Source of the DNA: Candidatus Woesearchaeota archaeon
GTDB lineage: Archaea; Nanobdellota; Nanobdellia; Pacearchaeales; GW2011-AR1
Direction: 5' to 3'
Assembly: GCA_964601175.1 (NCBI GenBank)
Contig: CAZRMJ010000002.1
Location: forward strand, 5,842 to 69,841
Length of the DNA stretch: 64,000 nucleotides
Shown: positions 9,085-18,272 of the stretch, piece after piece
Layout of the letters: the number at the start of each line of letters is the position of its first letter
Numbering within the stretch: position 1 is the stretch's first letter
Program-made: the position numbers and the translations under genes
The notes under the pieces: generated by a model
The model's input: the letters and a program-made list of their open reading frames with translations, nothing else
What the model was told of the DNA's origin: nothing
The model's database searches: none

Positions 9085-9272
9085 CTAAATTAAAAACTAC
9101 CTGGGAATGTGAATGTGGATCTATTGCTTATGGCAAATTGCCTCCTGAAGAATGTTCTAAATGTGGAGAATCTGATTGTTTTATAGAAGTTGATGAGGAA
9201 CAATTTGATTCCTTAGCAGATGAAAATTTAATGAGAGAAATAAGATCAAAAGACTGGGGGGAAGAAGATTAA
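9081..9272 (+). CDS. Small C4 zinc-ribbon protein (63 aa) inserted between L30 and L15
   Basis: MTKLKTTWECECGSIAYGKLPPEECSKCGESDCF...; CxC...CxxC followed by an acidic tail. ATGA overlap with the L30 stop, and L15 starts 2 nt after its stop, so it looks translationally coupled within the operon. Confidence 0.6.
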   Translation: MTKLKTTWECECGSIAYGKLPPEECSKCGESDCFIEVDEEQFDSLADENLMREIRSKDWGEED

Positions 9273-9273
9273 A

Positions 9274-9675
9274 ATGAAATTAAAAAGACGTAAAAAATCA
9301 ACAAGATTTAGAGGTAGCCATACTCATGGACGTGGAGGAAAGAAAAAAGCTAGAGGAAGCGGACATAGAGGAGGATTTGGTATGGCTGGAACTGGTAAGA
9401 GAGGAGACCAGAAAAAAACCAAGATCCTTAAGAAAGGAATGGAATTATATTTTGGAAAGAGAAGAACTCAATTAACCCATAGAAAAAAATTGAAGACGTT
9501 AAATCTAGAAAGAATATCTGATTCATTTGAGGACGGAGATTATTCTGAATACAAGATTGTTGGAAAATTAATAAGAGAAGTTAAGCTAAACTTAACTGCT
9601 GGTGCTGCTTCACAAGGTGCTATAAAAAGCGTAGAAAAATACGGCGGAAAGATTTCGTTAAAATCTGAAAAATAA
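9274..9675 (+). CDS. rpl15: 50S ribosomal protein L15 (uL15)
   Basis: 133 aa; RFRGSHTHGRGGKKKARGSGHRGGFGMAGTGKRGDQKK is the L15 Gly/basic N-terminus. Confidence 0.9.
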   Translation: MKLKRRKKSTRFRGSHTHGRGGKKKARGSGHRGGFGMAGTGKRGDQKKTKILKKGMELYFGKRRTQLTHRKKLKTLNLERISDSFEDGDYSEYKIVGKLIREVKLNLTAGAASQGAIKSVEKYGGKISLKSEK

Positions 9676-9677
9676 AA

Positions 9678-10160
9678 TTATTCTAATCTTTTAACTATTG
9701 ATGCGAATAGGAAGCTGATTATCGATACAGTCAAGGTTATTGCAAACATCTCAATAAACTTTTTAGAGAATTTTTCTTTGTGCATATATGAATCATATTT
9801 GGTAAATCCAGCTATAATTGCTATTACAAACAAGAACATTATTGCAGTCGATAAATAGGGATTTTTCAAGAAAAAGTAAGGGGAAACTAAAATTAATACT
9901 GCGATTATGTAAGCAATTCCTGTATATGTTGCTGCTTTAACAGGTTTTCTTATTTTATCTTCTTTTGCAGACAAATATTCTGATGCTGCCATAGATAATG
10001 CCGCTGCAAAACCAGTTATCAGCCCTACAATGGCAATTGTTTTTGGGTCAGATAATGCAAAAGTAAATCCCACCAAGGCCCCTGATAATTCTACTAAGGC
10101 GTCATTGAGCCCTAAAACTACGGCTCCATTGTAATCTTGTTTCTTGACTCTTTTTTTCAT
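9678..10160 (-). CDS. VIT1/CCC1-family (DUF125) small membrane protein, putative Fe/Mn transporter
   Basis: 160 aa, ~4 TM; GLNDALVELSGALVGFTFA is the VIT-family signature. Confidence 0.6.
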   Translation of the reverse strand: MKKRVKKQDYNGAVVLGLNDALVELSGALVGFTFALSDPKTIAIVGLITGFAAALSMAASEYLSAKEDKIRKPVKAATYTGIAYIIAVLILVSPYFFLKNPYLSTAIMFLFVIAIIAGFTKYDSYMHKEKFSKKFIEMFAITLTVSIISFLFASIVKRLE

Positions 10161-10184
10161 TTTCTATTTAGATCAAACATCGTG

Positions 10185-10200
10185 AATGTTTAAAAAGCTG
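10185..10200 (+). promoter_or_regulatory. Candidate TATA/BRE-like element (tttaaaaag) upstream of secY
   Basis: AT-rich TATA-like box ~20-30 nt upstream of candidate secY start codons; possibly a leaderless transcript. Confidence 0.25.
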
Positions 10201-10208
10201 TGTTTTAT

Positions 10209-11606
10209 ATGAGATTAATGGTACTCAAACAGATAATGCAGGTCCTTCCAGAAGTAAAAAAACCTGAGGAAAAAAAAGTTTCGTTCAATGAAAAATTAAA
10301 GTGGACGCTTATTGTTTTAGGATTTTTCTTTTTGATGTATAATATTAAGCTTTATGGATTAAGTAGGAACTCTCTTGAAAGATTTGACTTTTTATCAACA
10401 ATCTTAGGTACTGATTTTGGATCAATAATAAGTTTGGGTATCGGACCAATAGTTACTTCTTCGATTATATTACAGCTTTTAGTTGGATCTGGAATACTAA
10501 GCATAAATACTAAAACCGAAGAAGGGAAAAGAATGTTCCAAGGTATCCAAAAACTTGGTACTTTGTTCTTTATAATTTTTGAAGCATGTATTTTCGTCTT
10601 AATGAAAGGTCTTGAAGCTATTCCTGGATATGAATTCATAGTAATATTCCAGTTAGTTCTTGGAGGACTTGCCATAATGTTTATGGATGAAGTAGTCTCT
10701 AAGTGGGGATTTGGATCTGGAGTTTCTTTATTCATAGTTTCAGGAGTTGCACTTCAAATATTTATTGGATTGTTACAGTTTGTTGGATCTGATGGCTCAA
10801 ATTGTTTAGCTGATTTTTCAAATACCCCTTGTTCAGGAAGAATATTAGTCATAATACAGTCTATAATAAATGGTGATGCTACCGGAGCTCTTTTAGCAGC
10901 TGCAGTTATCGCAGTTACAGTTTTAGTTTTCCTTGGAGTGGTTTGGGCACAGAGCTTAAAGGTAGAAATCCCATTAAGTTACGACAGACTCAGAGGTTAT
11001 GGGGTTAAATGGCCACTACAATTCTTTTATGCATCTACGCTCCCTGTAATTTTAGTTGCTGCTCTTGCCGCTAACTTGCAATTATTTGGAAGTCTTCTTC
11101 AATCTTGGCTTGGAAGAGCTACTTTCCTAGGAGGATTCCAAAATGGTCAACCTATTTCAGGACTAGCATTCTGGATACATTCCCCTAATCTTTTACAATC
11201 TGCTATTACTGGAAGTTTGTTAACTTCTCAGATATTCCAAGCGATTTTCCATGTATTATTTTATGTAATCTTTTCTACTGTATTTTCTATATTTTGGGTT
11301 AAAACTACTGGTATGGATCCAGCTGGACAAGCTAAGAATATTGCAGCTTCAGGTTTACAAGTTGCAGGATTTAGAAAAGACCCTAGAGTTATAGAAAGCA
11401 TATTAAGTAGATACGTTCTTCCACTTACCGTTATGGGTGGTTTTGCAATTGGATTGTTAGCTGCTGTTGCAAACATGTTTGGTGCATTGACATCAGGGAC
11501 TTCAATACTTCTTGCAGTTATGATACTTTATCAACTGTATCAGAACATTGCTCAACAACACTCGTTAGATATGCATCCTTCACTTAGGAAAATGATGGGA
11601 GGTTAA
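10209..11606 (+). CDS. secY: Preprotein translocase subunit SecY (Sec61 alpha)
   Basis: 10 TM; ...PEVKKPEEKKVSFNEKLKWTLIVLG... N-terminus, plug and conserved GIGPIVTSSII-type segments. The ORF opens with GTG at 10200; ATG at 10209, 10218 or 10236 are alternative starts. Confidence 0.9.
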   Translation: MRLMVLKQIMQVLPEVKKPEEKKVSFNEKLKWTLIVLGFFFLMYNIKLYGLSRNSLERFDFLSTILGTDFGSIISLGIGPIVTSSIILQLLVGSGILSINTKTEEGKRMFQGIQKLGTLFFIIFEACIFVLMKGLEAIPGYEFIVIFQLVLGGLAIMFMDEVVSKWGFGSGVSLFIVSGVALQIFIGLLQFVGSDGSNCLADFSNTPCSGRILVIIQSIINGDATGALLAAAVIAVTVLVFLGVVWAQSLKVEIPLSYDRLRGYGVKWPLQFFYASTLPVILVAALAANLQLFGSLLQSWLGRATFLGGFQNGQPISGLAFWIHSPNLLQSAITGSLLTSQIFQAIFHVLFYVIFSTVFSIFWVKTTGMDPAGQAKNIAASGLQVAGFRKDPRVIESILSRYVLPLTVMGGFAIGLLAAVANMFGALTSGTSILLAVMILYQLYQNIAQQHSLDMHPSLRKMMGG

Positions 11607-11607
11607 A

Positions 11608-12132
11608 ATGAAAGGAATGGGAATAATGTTTTTGGTGATGATGATTTCATTAGCTGTTGCTTTCTTCTGGAATCATGTTCCTGCAATAAGTGAAGGAGTT
11701 CATGCGGCATTAGATCCTTCCTTGGGAAAATTGCTTAATTGGGATGTTACTTTAGGACTTATTTTAATTACTGCAATCCTAAATCTAATCACAACATTAT
11801 TGCATAAAAATATCACAGATCAAGATCTTTTGAAACAGCTTAGAGACGAACAAAAAATTGTAAACGAAGAAATGAAACTTTATAGAAATAATCCTGAAAA
11901 ATCGATGGAACTTTCTAAAAAATCGATGGAACTTGCGATGAAAACTATGCCGATAACTATGAGACCTGCAATGTATACAATAATACCTTTTGTATTACTT
12001 ATAAGATGGTTCGGAGATTATTTTAAAGATCACCCCGCAAAGATATTAGGATTTATGTCTGGAACATGGGCTTATATTGTGTTCTTCATAATATTCTCAA
12101 TAATATTCAGAAAACTGTTAAAAGTCCATTAA
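11608..12132 (+). CDS. DUF106 / EMC3-TMCO1-like membrane protein (archaeal Oxa1/YidC-like insertase candidate)
   Basis: 174 aa with TM1, a coiled-coil (QDLLKQLRDEQKIVNEEMKLYRNN) and 2 C-terminal TMs, matching the DUF106 family. Only 2 nt downstream of secY. Confidence 0.6.
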   Translation: MKGMGIMFLVMMISLAVAFFWNHVPAISEGVHAALDPSLGKLLNWDVTLGLILITAILNLITTLLHKNITDQDLLKQLRDEQKIVNEEMKLYRNNPEKSMELSKKSMELAMKTMPITMRPAMYTIIPFVLLIRWFGDYFKDHPAKILGFMSGTWAYIVFFIIFSIIFRKLLKVH

Positions 12133-12169
12133 GAGCAAGGTTTTTATAACGTGATTATTGGGAGGACCT

Positions 12170-12538
12170 ATGAATAACGAAAAAATAGAGCTTATCAATA
12201 GTCTTAATTCTAGATATGAAACTATTGTTGAACAACTTAAGATCATTGAACAACAAATCTCTGAATTAAGCACATTTGAAGAAGAGTTAGGAATCATAAA
12301 AGAAAAGTCTTCTCAAGATATGCTTGTTCAAATTGGAAAGTCTGTTTTCGCTCAGGTAAAGATAGATCCTTCAAGTAAACTTCTTGTTGATGTTGGAGCA
12401 GGTCACTTTATTAATAAGAATATTGATGAAGTAAAACTAATTGTTTTAGAGCAGAAAAAAAGACTTGAGTCTTTCAAACTGCAAATGTCTCCAGAACTGG
12501 ATAAGATAACTCAAGATTTACAGAGCATTATTTATTAA
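12170..12538 (+). CDS. pfdA: Prefoldin subunit alpha
   Basis: Coiled-coil / beta-hairpin / coiled-coil (MLVQIGKSVFAQVKIDPSSKLLVDVGAGHFINKNIDEV). GGAGG RBS precedes ATG 12170. Confidence 0.7.
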   Translation: MNNEKIELINSLNSRYETIVEQLKIIEQQISELSTFEEELGIIKEKSSQDMLVQIGKSVFAQVKIDPSSKLLVDVGAGHFINKNIDEVKLIVLEQKKRLESFKLQMSPELDKITQDLQSIIY

Positions 12539-13332
12539 TAATTTTTTATAGATTTTTTTACTTGTTTAATAAAATCCTTGTGAGGTAAAACCCCGAGTTC
12601 TGAAACTATTGCAGTTATTTGTTTAGAAGGAATAATTTCAAAGGAGGGATTTTCGATTTTGATCTTATTAGGTGATTTTGGCCACAGCTCATCACGGGAA
12701 CGGATTTCAATTTTTACTTTCTTTTTTGAAAACTTCCAAGAATCTGTTACTATATACAATGGTTTCTTCAGGTCTCTAGCAATTTTCGCGATCAGGCCCG
12801 AACCAATCTTATTTATTACTCCTTTTTTAGTTATTGCGTCGGCTCCAATCATTATTAGATCTGCTTTTTTTATGTCTTCTAAGATTGCAGAATCTACTGA
12901 CATGGATATAGGTATACCCGATTTAGATAACTGCTTTGCAGTTAAGTGGCCTTGGTATAGGGGTCTTGTTTCAGTGTTTATTACTGAAAACCTTTTTTTG
13001 TTTTTATGAGCAGAGATTAATGATTTAACTAATGTGTTTGAATGACAATGGGTGAATATTACATCCTTAGAGTGGATCATTTTTTGAATGTAATGATTTA
13101 TGAATTCTTGAGCGTTATCAAAGTGATTCAATACATTTTCCATTGAAGACTTTCTTAATATTGAAAGAGAGTTTACAAGCATCGGTTCTGTCGGTCTCAA
13201 TTTTGTCAGGATCTTTATAGATTTCTTTGTAGGTTTTAAGCAATATGCCCCCACTGCAGCTTTAGCAACATTAGTTGCTCCTTGTATCTTTACGGATTTG
13301 ATATCATTACATATCCTCGAGAATTTATCCAT
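12535..13332 (-). CDS. eIF-2B alpha/beta/delta-family protein (aIF2B-like / ribose-1,5-bisphosphate isomerase family)
   Basis: 265 aa; IQGATNVAKAA, THCHSNTLVKSL, IMIGADAITKKGVINKIGSGLIA and TDSWKF motifs are characteristic of the IF-2B family. Confidence 0.7.
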   Translation of the reverse strand: MDKFSRICNDIKSVKIQGATNVAKAAVGAYCLKPTKKSIKILTKLRPTEPMLVNSLSILRKSSMENVLNHFDNAQEFINHYIQKMIHSKDVIFTHCHSNTLVKSLISAHKNKKRFSVINTETRPLYQGHLTAKQLSKSGIPISMSVDSAILEDIKKADLIMIGADAITKKGVINKIGSGLIAKIARDLKKPLYIVTDSWKFSKKKVKIEIRSRDELWPKSPNKIKIENPSFEIIPSKQITAIVSELGVLPHKDFIKQVKKSIKNY

Positions 13333-13392
13333 TACTTGATTAAAGCCAACATATATAAAAAGGTAAGTTATTTTTCTTCAAGGTGATGATTT

Positions 13393-14253
13393 ATGTTTGA
13401 GATGCTTATTAATCCTGCTAAGGCTGAAAGGAAGCCTTGGGAGATGTTTTTTGTGGGTGCTTTCTATGCAAGCGTTTCAATACTTTTGGTAGAATTAATC
13501 TTCAAAAATGATCCTGTATTGAGTACTGCCAGCGGAATACTAGTTGTAGCATTTACAGTAATGTTTTCGATACCATTTATGTTTTACATGTTTAGAATAG
13601 AAGAAACTAGATCTTCTCAAGAAGGAGAGGGTTCTCTTCAATTAATTAAGGACCATAGAAAGGCTCTTTGGGCATTCATGTGGCTCTTTGTTGGTTTTGT
13701 CATAGGATTTTCTTTTTGGTATATACTACTCCCAACAACAGAGAGCTTACAACAACAAGTCGGGACTTATTGTTTAATTAATCAACCTAGCAATGACAAA
13801 TGTGTTGAAACATTAACTGCTAAAGATCAGACTAGCCCTACTGCATTTGCAACAAATAAAGAAAGGATGTTTTTGATTTTTGCTAATAATACTTATGTTC
13901 TGATATTTACATTAGTCTTTTCTTTAATATTTGGGGCCGGAGTTATATTCATACTTGCTTGGAATGCTAGTGTTATTGCCGCAGCAATAGCAATATTTAC
14001 GAGATCTGATCTGAATTATCTTCCTGCTGCAATACTTAGGTATTTTGTTCATGGACTTCCAGAAATAGGATCCTATTTCATCGGTGCATTGGCTGGAGGA
14101 ATGATTTCTTTCGCAGTAATAAGGAGAGATATTGGTACTGAAAGATTTTGGAAAGTTTTGCAAGATTCTCTAAATCTAATAATCCTTGCAGTTATTCTTT
14201 TGTTTGTCTCTGCGTTAATAGAAGTTTTTGTTACTCCTTTGTTTTTTACTTAA
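13393..14253 (+). CDS. SpoIIM/DUF95-family integral membrane protein
   Basis: 286 aa, ~6 TM; the C-terminal ...FVHGLPEIGSYFIGALAGGMISF pattern fits the stage II sporulation protein M-like family that is widespread in archaea. Confidence 0.5.
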   Translation: MFEMLINPAKAERKPWEMFFVGAFYASVSILLVELIFKNDPVLSTASGILVVAFTVMFSIPFMFYMFRIEETRSSQEGEGSLQLIKDHRKALWAFMWLFVGFVIGFSFWYILLPTTESLQQQVGTYCLINQPSNDKCVETLTAKDQTSPTAFATNKERMFLIFANNTYVLIFTLVFSLIFGAGVIFILAWNASVIAAAIAIFTRSDLNYLPAAILRYFVHGLPEIGSYFIGALAGGMISFAVIRRDIGTERFWKVLQDSLNLIILAVILLFVSALIEVFVTPLFFT

Positions 14254-14293
14254 CATTAATAAGCTTTAAATAAGAGTTTTTACCAGTTCATTA

Positions 14294-16984
14294 ATGAATG
14301 AGGGAAGCTCTGAGGAAACTCTTGAAGGCTTAAAAAAAACATATTCTTTTTTCAAGAAAAGATTTGATGTTGTAACTTATGTTCTTCTATTTTTTGTAGT
14401 TTATCTAGCCCTTTGGATAAGAACTCGCAATCTTCCAGGATTAAGGGACATAACAACTGGAGGTTGGACCCTGGGGCCTGATTTGGATCCTTTTCTTTTC
14501 TTAAGATGGTCTAAAGATATTGTAGAAAATGGTTCTCTTTTTGTAGTCGATCCATTGCGTTATATTCCTCTTGGATATCACACCAATGGCGAACTAATCT
14601 TACTTCCACACCTTATGGCTTGGTTCCACAATTTTTTGAGCATTTTTTCTAATATTTCGATAGAACATTCAGCAGCCTTATTCCCAGTAGTAATGTTTGG
14701 CTTGACAGTAATCTCATTTTTCATATTAACAAGAGAATTATTTAGGAATAGCCTGTCTCCTCAAAAAGCAAACTATGCTGCTTTAATTTCATCAGGGTTC
14801 CTTTCTATATTCCCTTCAATATTACCTAGGACCATTGCAGGAATTCCTGAAAAAGAATCTGCTGCATTCTTTTTTATGTTTACTGCGTTTTATTTTTTGA
14901 TTAAATCCTGGAATTCTCATGGAAAATACAAAAATTATTTGTTTGCATTACTTTCAGGAATATTTACTGCCGGAATGTCTTTAATTTGGGGAGGATTTGT
15001 ATATATCTTCTTTGTTATCGGAATAGCATTACTTTCAGCTTACTTTTTACATTCGTTAAATTACAAAAAAATCTTTATAACTCTTACATGGATGATTTCT
15101 TCTTTTGCAATTATGATCCCTTATTCTAGTAGATACGATCTTTTAGGTCTTTTAAAATCTACAATGACAATTCCAATACTAATCGCAATTTTTTCATTCA
15201 TCTTAGAAGATAAGGTGTTAAAGAATTGGCACAAAAGTTATAATTTGGGAAAATATAAGATTCCTAAAAAGGCAATATCATTTTTTGCAATAGTAATATT
15301 AGGAATATTAGTTCTCACGATAGTTGATTTTAGTTTTATTGCTAAAACATTGGACAATATCAAGCAAACATTGATAGAACCTATAGTGGATAGATTTGGA
15401 GTCACTGTTGCTGAAAATAGGCAACCATATCTTAGAGAATGGACATCTAGCTTTGGTCCGACAATTGGTTCTGTTGATTTGAGTTTTTGGATAATGATTT
15501 TCGGAATAGCTATGTTTTTCTTTTCTTACTTTTCTTTTGGATCGGTTAAGAAAAAAGTCATTCTTACTTCGTCTTTTGTTTTCATGTTCTTAGCCATAGG
15601 GTTTAGTAGATATTCTCCAAGTAGTTTATTTAATGGCGTAAATTTTGCAAGTATGTTCCTTTATTTTGGATCAATTATCCTATTTTTGATTATGGCCATT
15701 AAGGCTTGCAGTAAAGAGCCTGTGGAAACGCTTTCCGGAATTAGATTTGAGAAGATTTTTGTATTGTCTGCTTTCATATTTGGATACATTGCAGCTAGAT
15801 CTTCTGTTAGAACCACTATGGTTCTTGTTCCTGCTGCTTCAATAGTTATAGGATATTTATTGACTGTAGCTACATCTAGGATGGTAAAAGATTTGAATAT
15901 GAAAAAGGTTTCTGTGGTTACAATAATATCTGCTATTATCATATTGAGCTCCATATTTTCTGCATACCAACTTTATAGAACAAGTAATGCTATTGCTAGT
16001 AGCTATGTTCCTAGTGCCTATACTCAACAATGGCAAAGTGCGATGAAATGGGTAAGGGATAGTACTCCTAAAAATGCTGTCTTTGCCCACTGGTGGGATT
16101 ATGGATACTGGGTACAAACAATAGGAGAAAGAGCAACAGTTCTTGATGGTGGAAACGCAATAGTTTATTGGGATTATTTGATGGGTAGATATGGATTAAC
16201 TGAAACGAATCAAAAAGAGACATTAGATTTCTTTTATTCGCATAATGTAACTCATTTCTTAATAGACTCTACAGATATTGGGAAATATACTGCATTTTCG
16301 AGCATAGGATCTAATGAGTCATACGATAGAAGAAGCTGGATACCTACATTTTTGAAAGACGGATCTCAAACAAGCGAAAGGAAAAATTACACCCTTTATG
16401 TATATTCTGCTGGATCAGTAATAGATAAAGATATCAAATATAATTTGAATGGATCGGAGATTTTCTTGCCTGAAGGTAAAGCTTATATTGCAGCAGTAGC
16501 AATTTCAGTAAGCAAAGAGACCGGTGAAATTTCTGAAGTGTATGGTATATACTTCATGAATCAAAAAACTTATCAGATACCTTTGAGATATTATTATTCT
16601 CAAAAAGATGGCTTTGTAGATACCGGAAAGGGCCTTGATGCTGGAATATTTATTTATCCTAGAGTGGTTTTAGACTCTCAAGGAAGTGGTGGCAGCATAG
16701 ATCCTATAGGTGCAATGCTTTACCTTAGTCCTAAGACGGTTAAGAGCAATCTTGCTAGATATTATCTTTATGGAGAAGAAAACAGTTATGTAAAATTAGC
16801 CCACTCTGAAGAAGATTCATTGATTAAATTCTTGAGATCCCAAGGTCAAAGTGTTGGAGATTTTATTTATTATAATGAATTTAAAGGACCTATAAAAATA
16901 TGGAATATTAGTTATCCTAAAGACGTTAAGTTCCATGAAGACTATGTTACCCTTGAAGCCCCTAAGTTCCTTTCTAAGGTGTAA
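14294..16984 (+). CDS. aglB: Archaeal oligosaccharyltransferase AglB (STT3 family)
   Basis: 896 aa with 13 N-terminal TM helices followed by a soluble domain. The catalytic WWDYGYW motif is present (AHWWDYGYWVQTIGE). Confidence 0.9.
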   Translation: MNEGSSEETLEGLKKTYSFFKKRFDVVTYVLLFFVVYLALWIRTRNLPGLRDITTGGWTLGPDLDPFLFLRWSKDIVENGSLFVVDPLRYIPLGYHTNGELILLPHLMAWFHNFLSIFSNISIEHSAALFPVVMFGLTVISFFILTRELFRNSLSPQKANYAALISSGFLSIFPSILPRTIAGIPEKESAAFFFMFTAFYFLIKSWNSHGKYKNYLFALLSGIFTAGMSLIWGGFVYIFFVIGIALLSAYFLHSLNYKKIFITLTWMISSFAIMIPYSSRYDLLGLLKSTMTIPILIAIFSFILEDKVLKNWHKSYNLGKYKIPKKAISFFAIVILGILVLTIVDFSFIAKTLDNIKQTLIEPIVDRFGVTVAENRQPYLREWTSSFGPTIGSVDLSFWIMIFGIAMFFFSYFSFGSVKKKVILTSSFVFMFLAIGFSRYSPSSLFNGVNFASMFLYFGSIILFLIMAIKACSKEPVETLSGIRFEKIFVLSAFIFGYIAARSSVRTTMVLVPAASIVIGYLLTVATSRMVKDLNMKKVSVVTIISAIIILSSIFSAYQLYRTSNAIASSYVPSAYTQQWQSAMKWVRDSTPKNAVFAHWWDYGYWVQTIGERATVLDGGNAIVYWDYLMGRYGLTETNQKETLDFFYSHNVTHFLIDSTDIGKYTAFSSIGSNESYDRRSWIPTFLKDGSQTSERKNYTLYVYSAGSVIDKDIKYNLNGSEIFLPEGKAYIAAVAISVSKETGEISEVYGIYFMNQKTYQIPLRYYYSQKDGFVDTGKGLDAGIFIYPRVVLDSQGSGGSIDPIGAMLYLSPKTVKSNLARYYLYGEENSYVKLAHSEEDSLIKFLRSQGQSVGDFIYYNEFKGPIKIWNISYPKDVKFHEDYVTLEAPKFLSKV

Positions 16985-17013
16985 TTAAGCTAATTTAAAA
17001 ATAATCGTTCCAT

Positions 17014-18249
17014 TTGTTTCTAATGTTTAACAAGAGCTTAGTTAAGGGAGGAGCAATACTTTTCATTGCTTTTGGTCTTTTTAATTTCCTAAACTTTCTT
17101 TATCAGTTTGCAATGGCTCGTTTTCTTTCTGTTTCAGATTATGGGGTTTTAGCCACAGTTTTTGCTTTGATATATATATTTTCGATATTCTCCGAATCTA
17201 TACAAACAGTTGTTGCCAAATATGCTACTGATGGAAAAAATCCCGGGCAATTAAGAAATCTTTTATCTAGATCCTTAAGAAAAGGATGGTCTACGGCAAC
17301 TAAAATCTTTTTAGGTTATGTCCTAATTTCAATCGTTCTAGCTTATGTATTTAAGATAAATTACCTATTACTTTTATTGAATGGGATTGTTATTTATTTG
17401 ATGTTCTTACTCCCTGTTACCAGGGGCATTACTCAAGGAAGGAAGAAATTTGCTGGACTTGGAGTTAATTTGGTTCTTGAAGCTGGACTTAAAATTTTAT
17501 TTGCAGTTTTATTTGTTTTCCTTGGATGGAAAGTTTATGGTGCAATCTCAGGCGTAGTTTTTGGTGCGATTCTTGCATTTTTATTTTCGTTTATCCCCTT
17601 AAGATATTTGTATAAGTCCAAAGAAGAAAAGTTTAATGCAGAAGGCATTTATTCTTATGCAAAGCCTACTATATTCATAACTGCAGTTATAGTTTTCTTT
17701 TATAGTATAGATATAATTGCATCTAAAATATTCTTTTCTCCTGAAATTGCAGGGTCTTATGCAATTGCTTCAATTCTTGGAAAAATAATATTCTGGAGCT
17801 CTGTGCCAATAGTGAAAGCAATGTTCCCTTTGTCTGCAGAATCTAAGAAAGACTCTAAGGCTAATAATAATGTTCTTTTAACTTCTATATCAATAGTTTC
17901 TTTGATTATTTTAGGAGGCTTGGTATTATTTTACTTTTTTTCAGATCCAATTATATCCATATTTTCTGGAAAAGAAATAACTCAATCTTCTAAGATACTT
18001 TTCCCCTTGGGAATTGCATTTAGTTTCTTATCTCTTTCTAACCTGGTTTTGCTTTATACTCTCTCATTAGGGCCTGTTAAGAAATATACTATACTTGTTT
18101 TGTGCAACCTTCTTGAGGTTTTAGTCTTATTCGTTACCCCTATCCTATATCCAGGAAATCTTGAATTATTTGTAGGATCTTTTGTATTTTCATCATTGGT
18201 ACTTTTTGCTGGTTCCCTAATGTTTTCTAAATTGAACCGACATGTTTAA
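17014..18249 (+). CDS. Polysaccharide/oligosaccharide flippase (MOP/Wzx-like)
   Basis: 411 aa, ~12-14 TM polytopic membrane protein directly downstream of aglB. Confidence 0.6.
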   Translation: MFLMFNKSLVKGGAILFIAFGLFNFLNFLYQFAMARFLSVSDYGVLATVFALIYIFSIFSESIQTVVAKYATDGKNPGQLRNLLSRSLRKGWSTATKIFLGYVLISIVLAYVFKINYLLLLLNGIVIYLMFLLPVTRGITQGRKKFAGLGVNLVLEAGLKILFAVLFVFLGWKVYGAISGVVFGAILAFLFSFIPLRYLYKSKEEKFNAEGIYSYAKPTIFITAVIVFFYSIDIIASKIFFSPEIAGSYAIASILGKIIFWSSVPIVKAMFPLSAESKKDSKANNNVLLTSISIVSLIILGGLVLFYFFSDPIISIFSGKEITQSSKILFPLGIAFSFLSLSNLVLLYTLSLGPVKKYTILVLCNLLEVLVLFVTPILYPGNLELFVGSFVFSSLVLFAGSLMFSKLNRHV

Positions 18250-18272
18250 AACACTAATTCATAGGATTTTAT

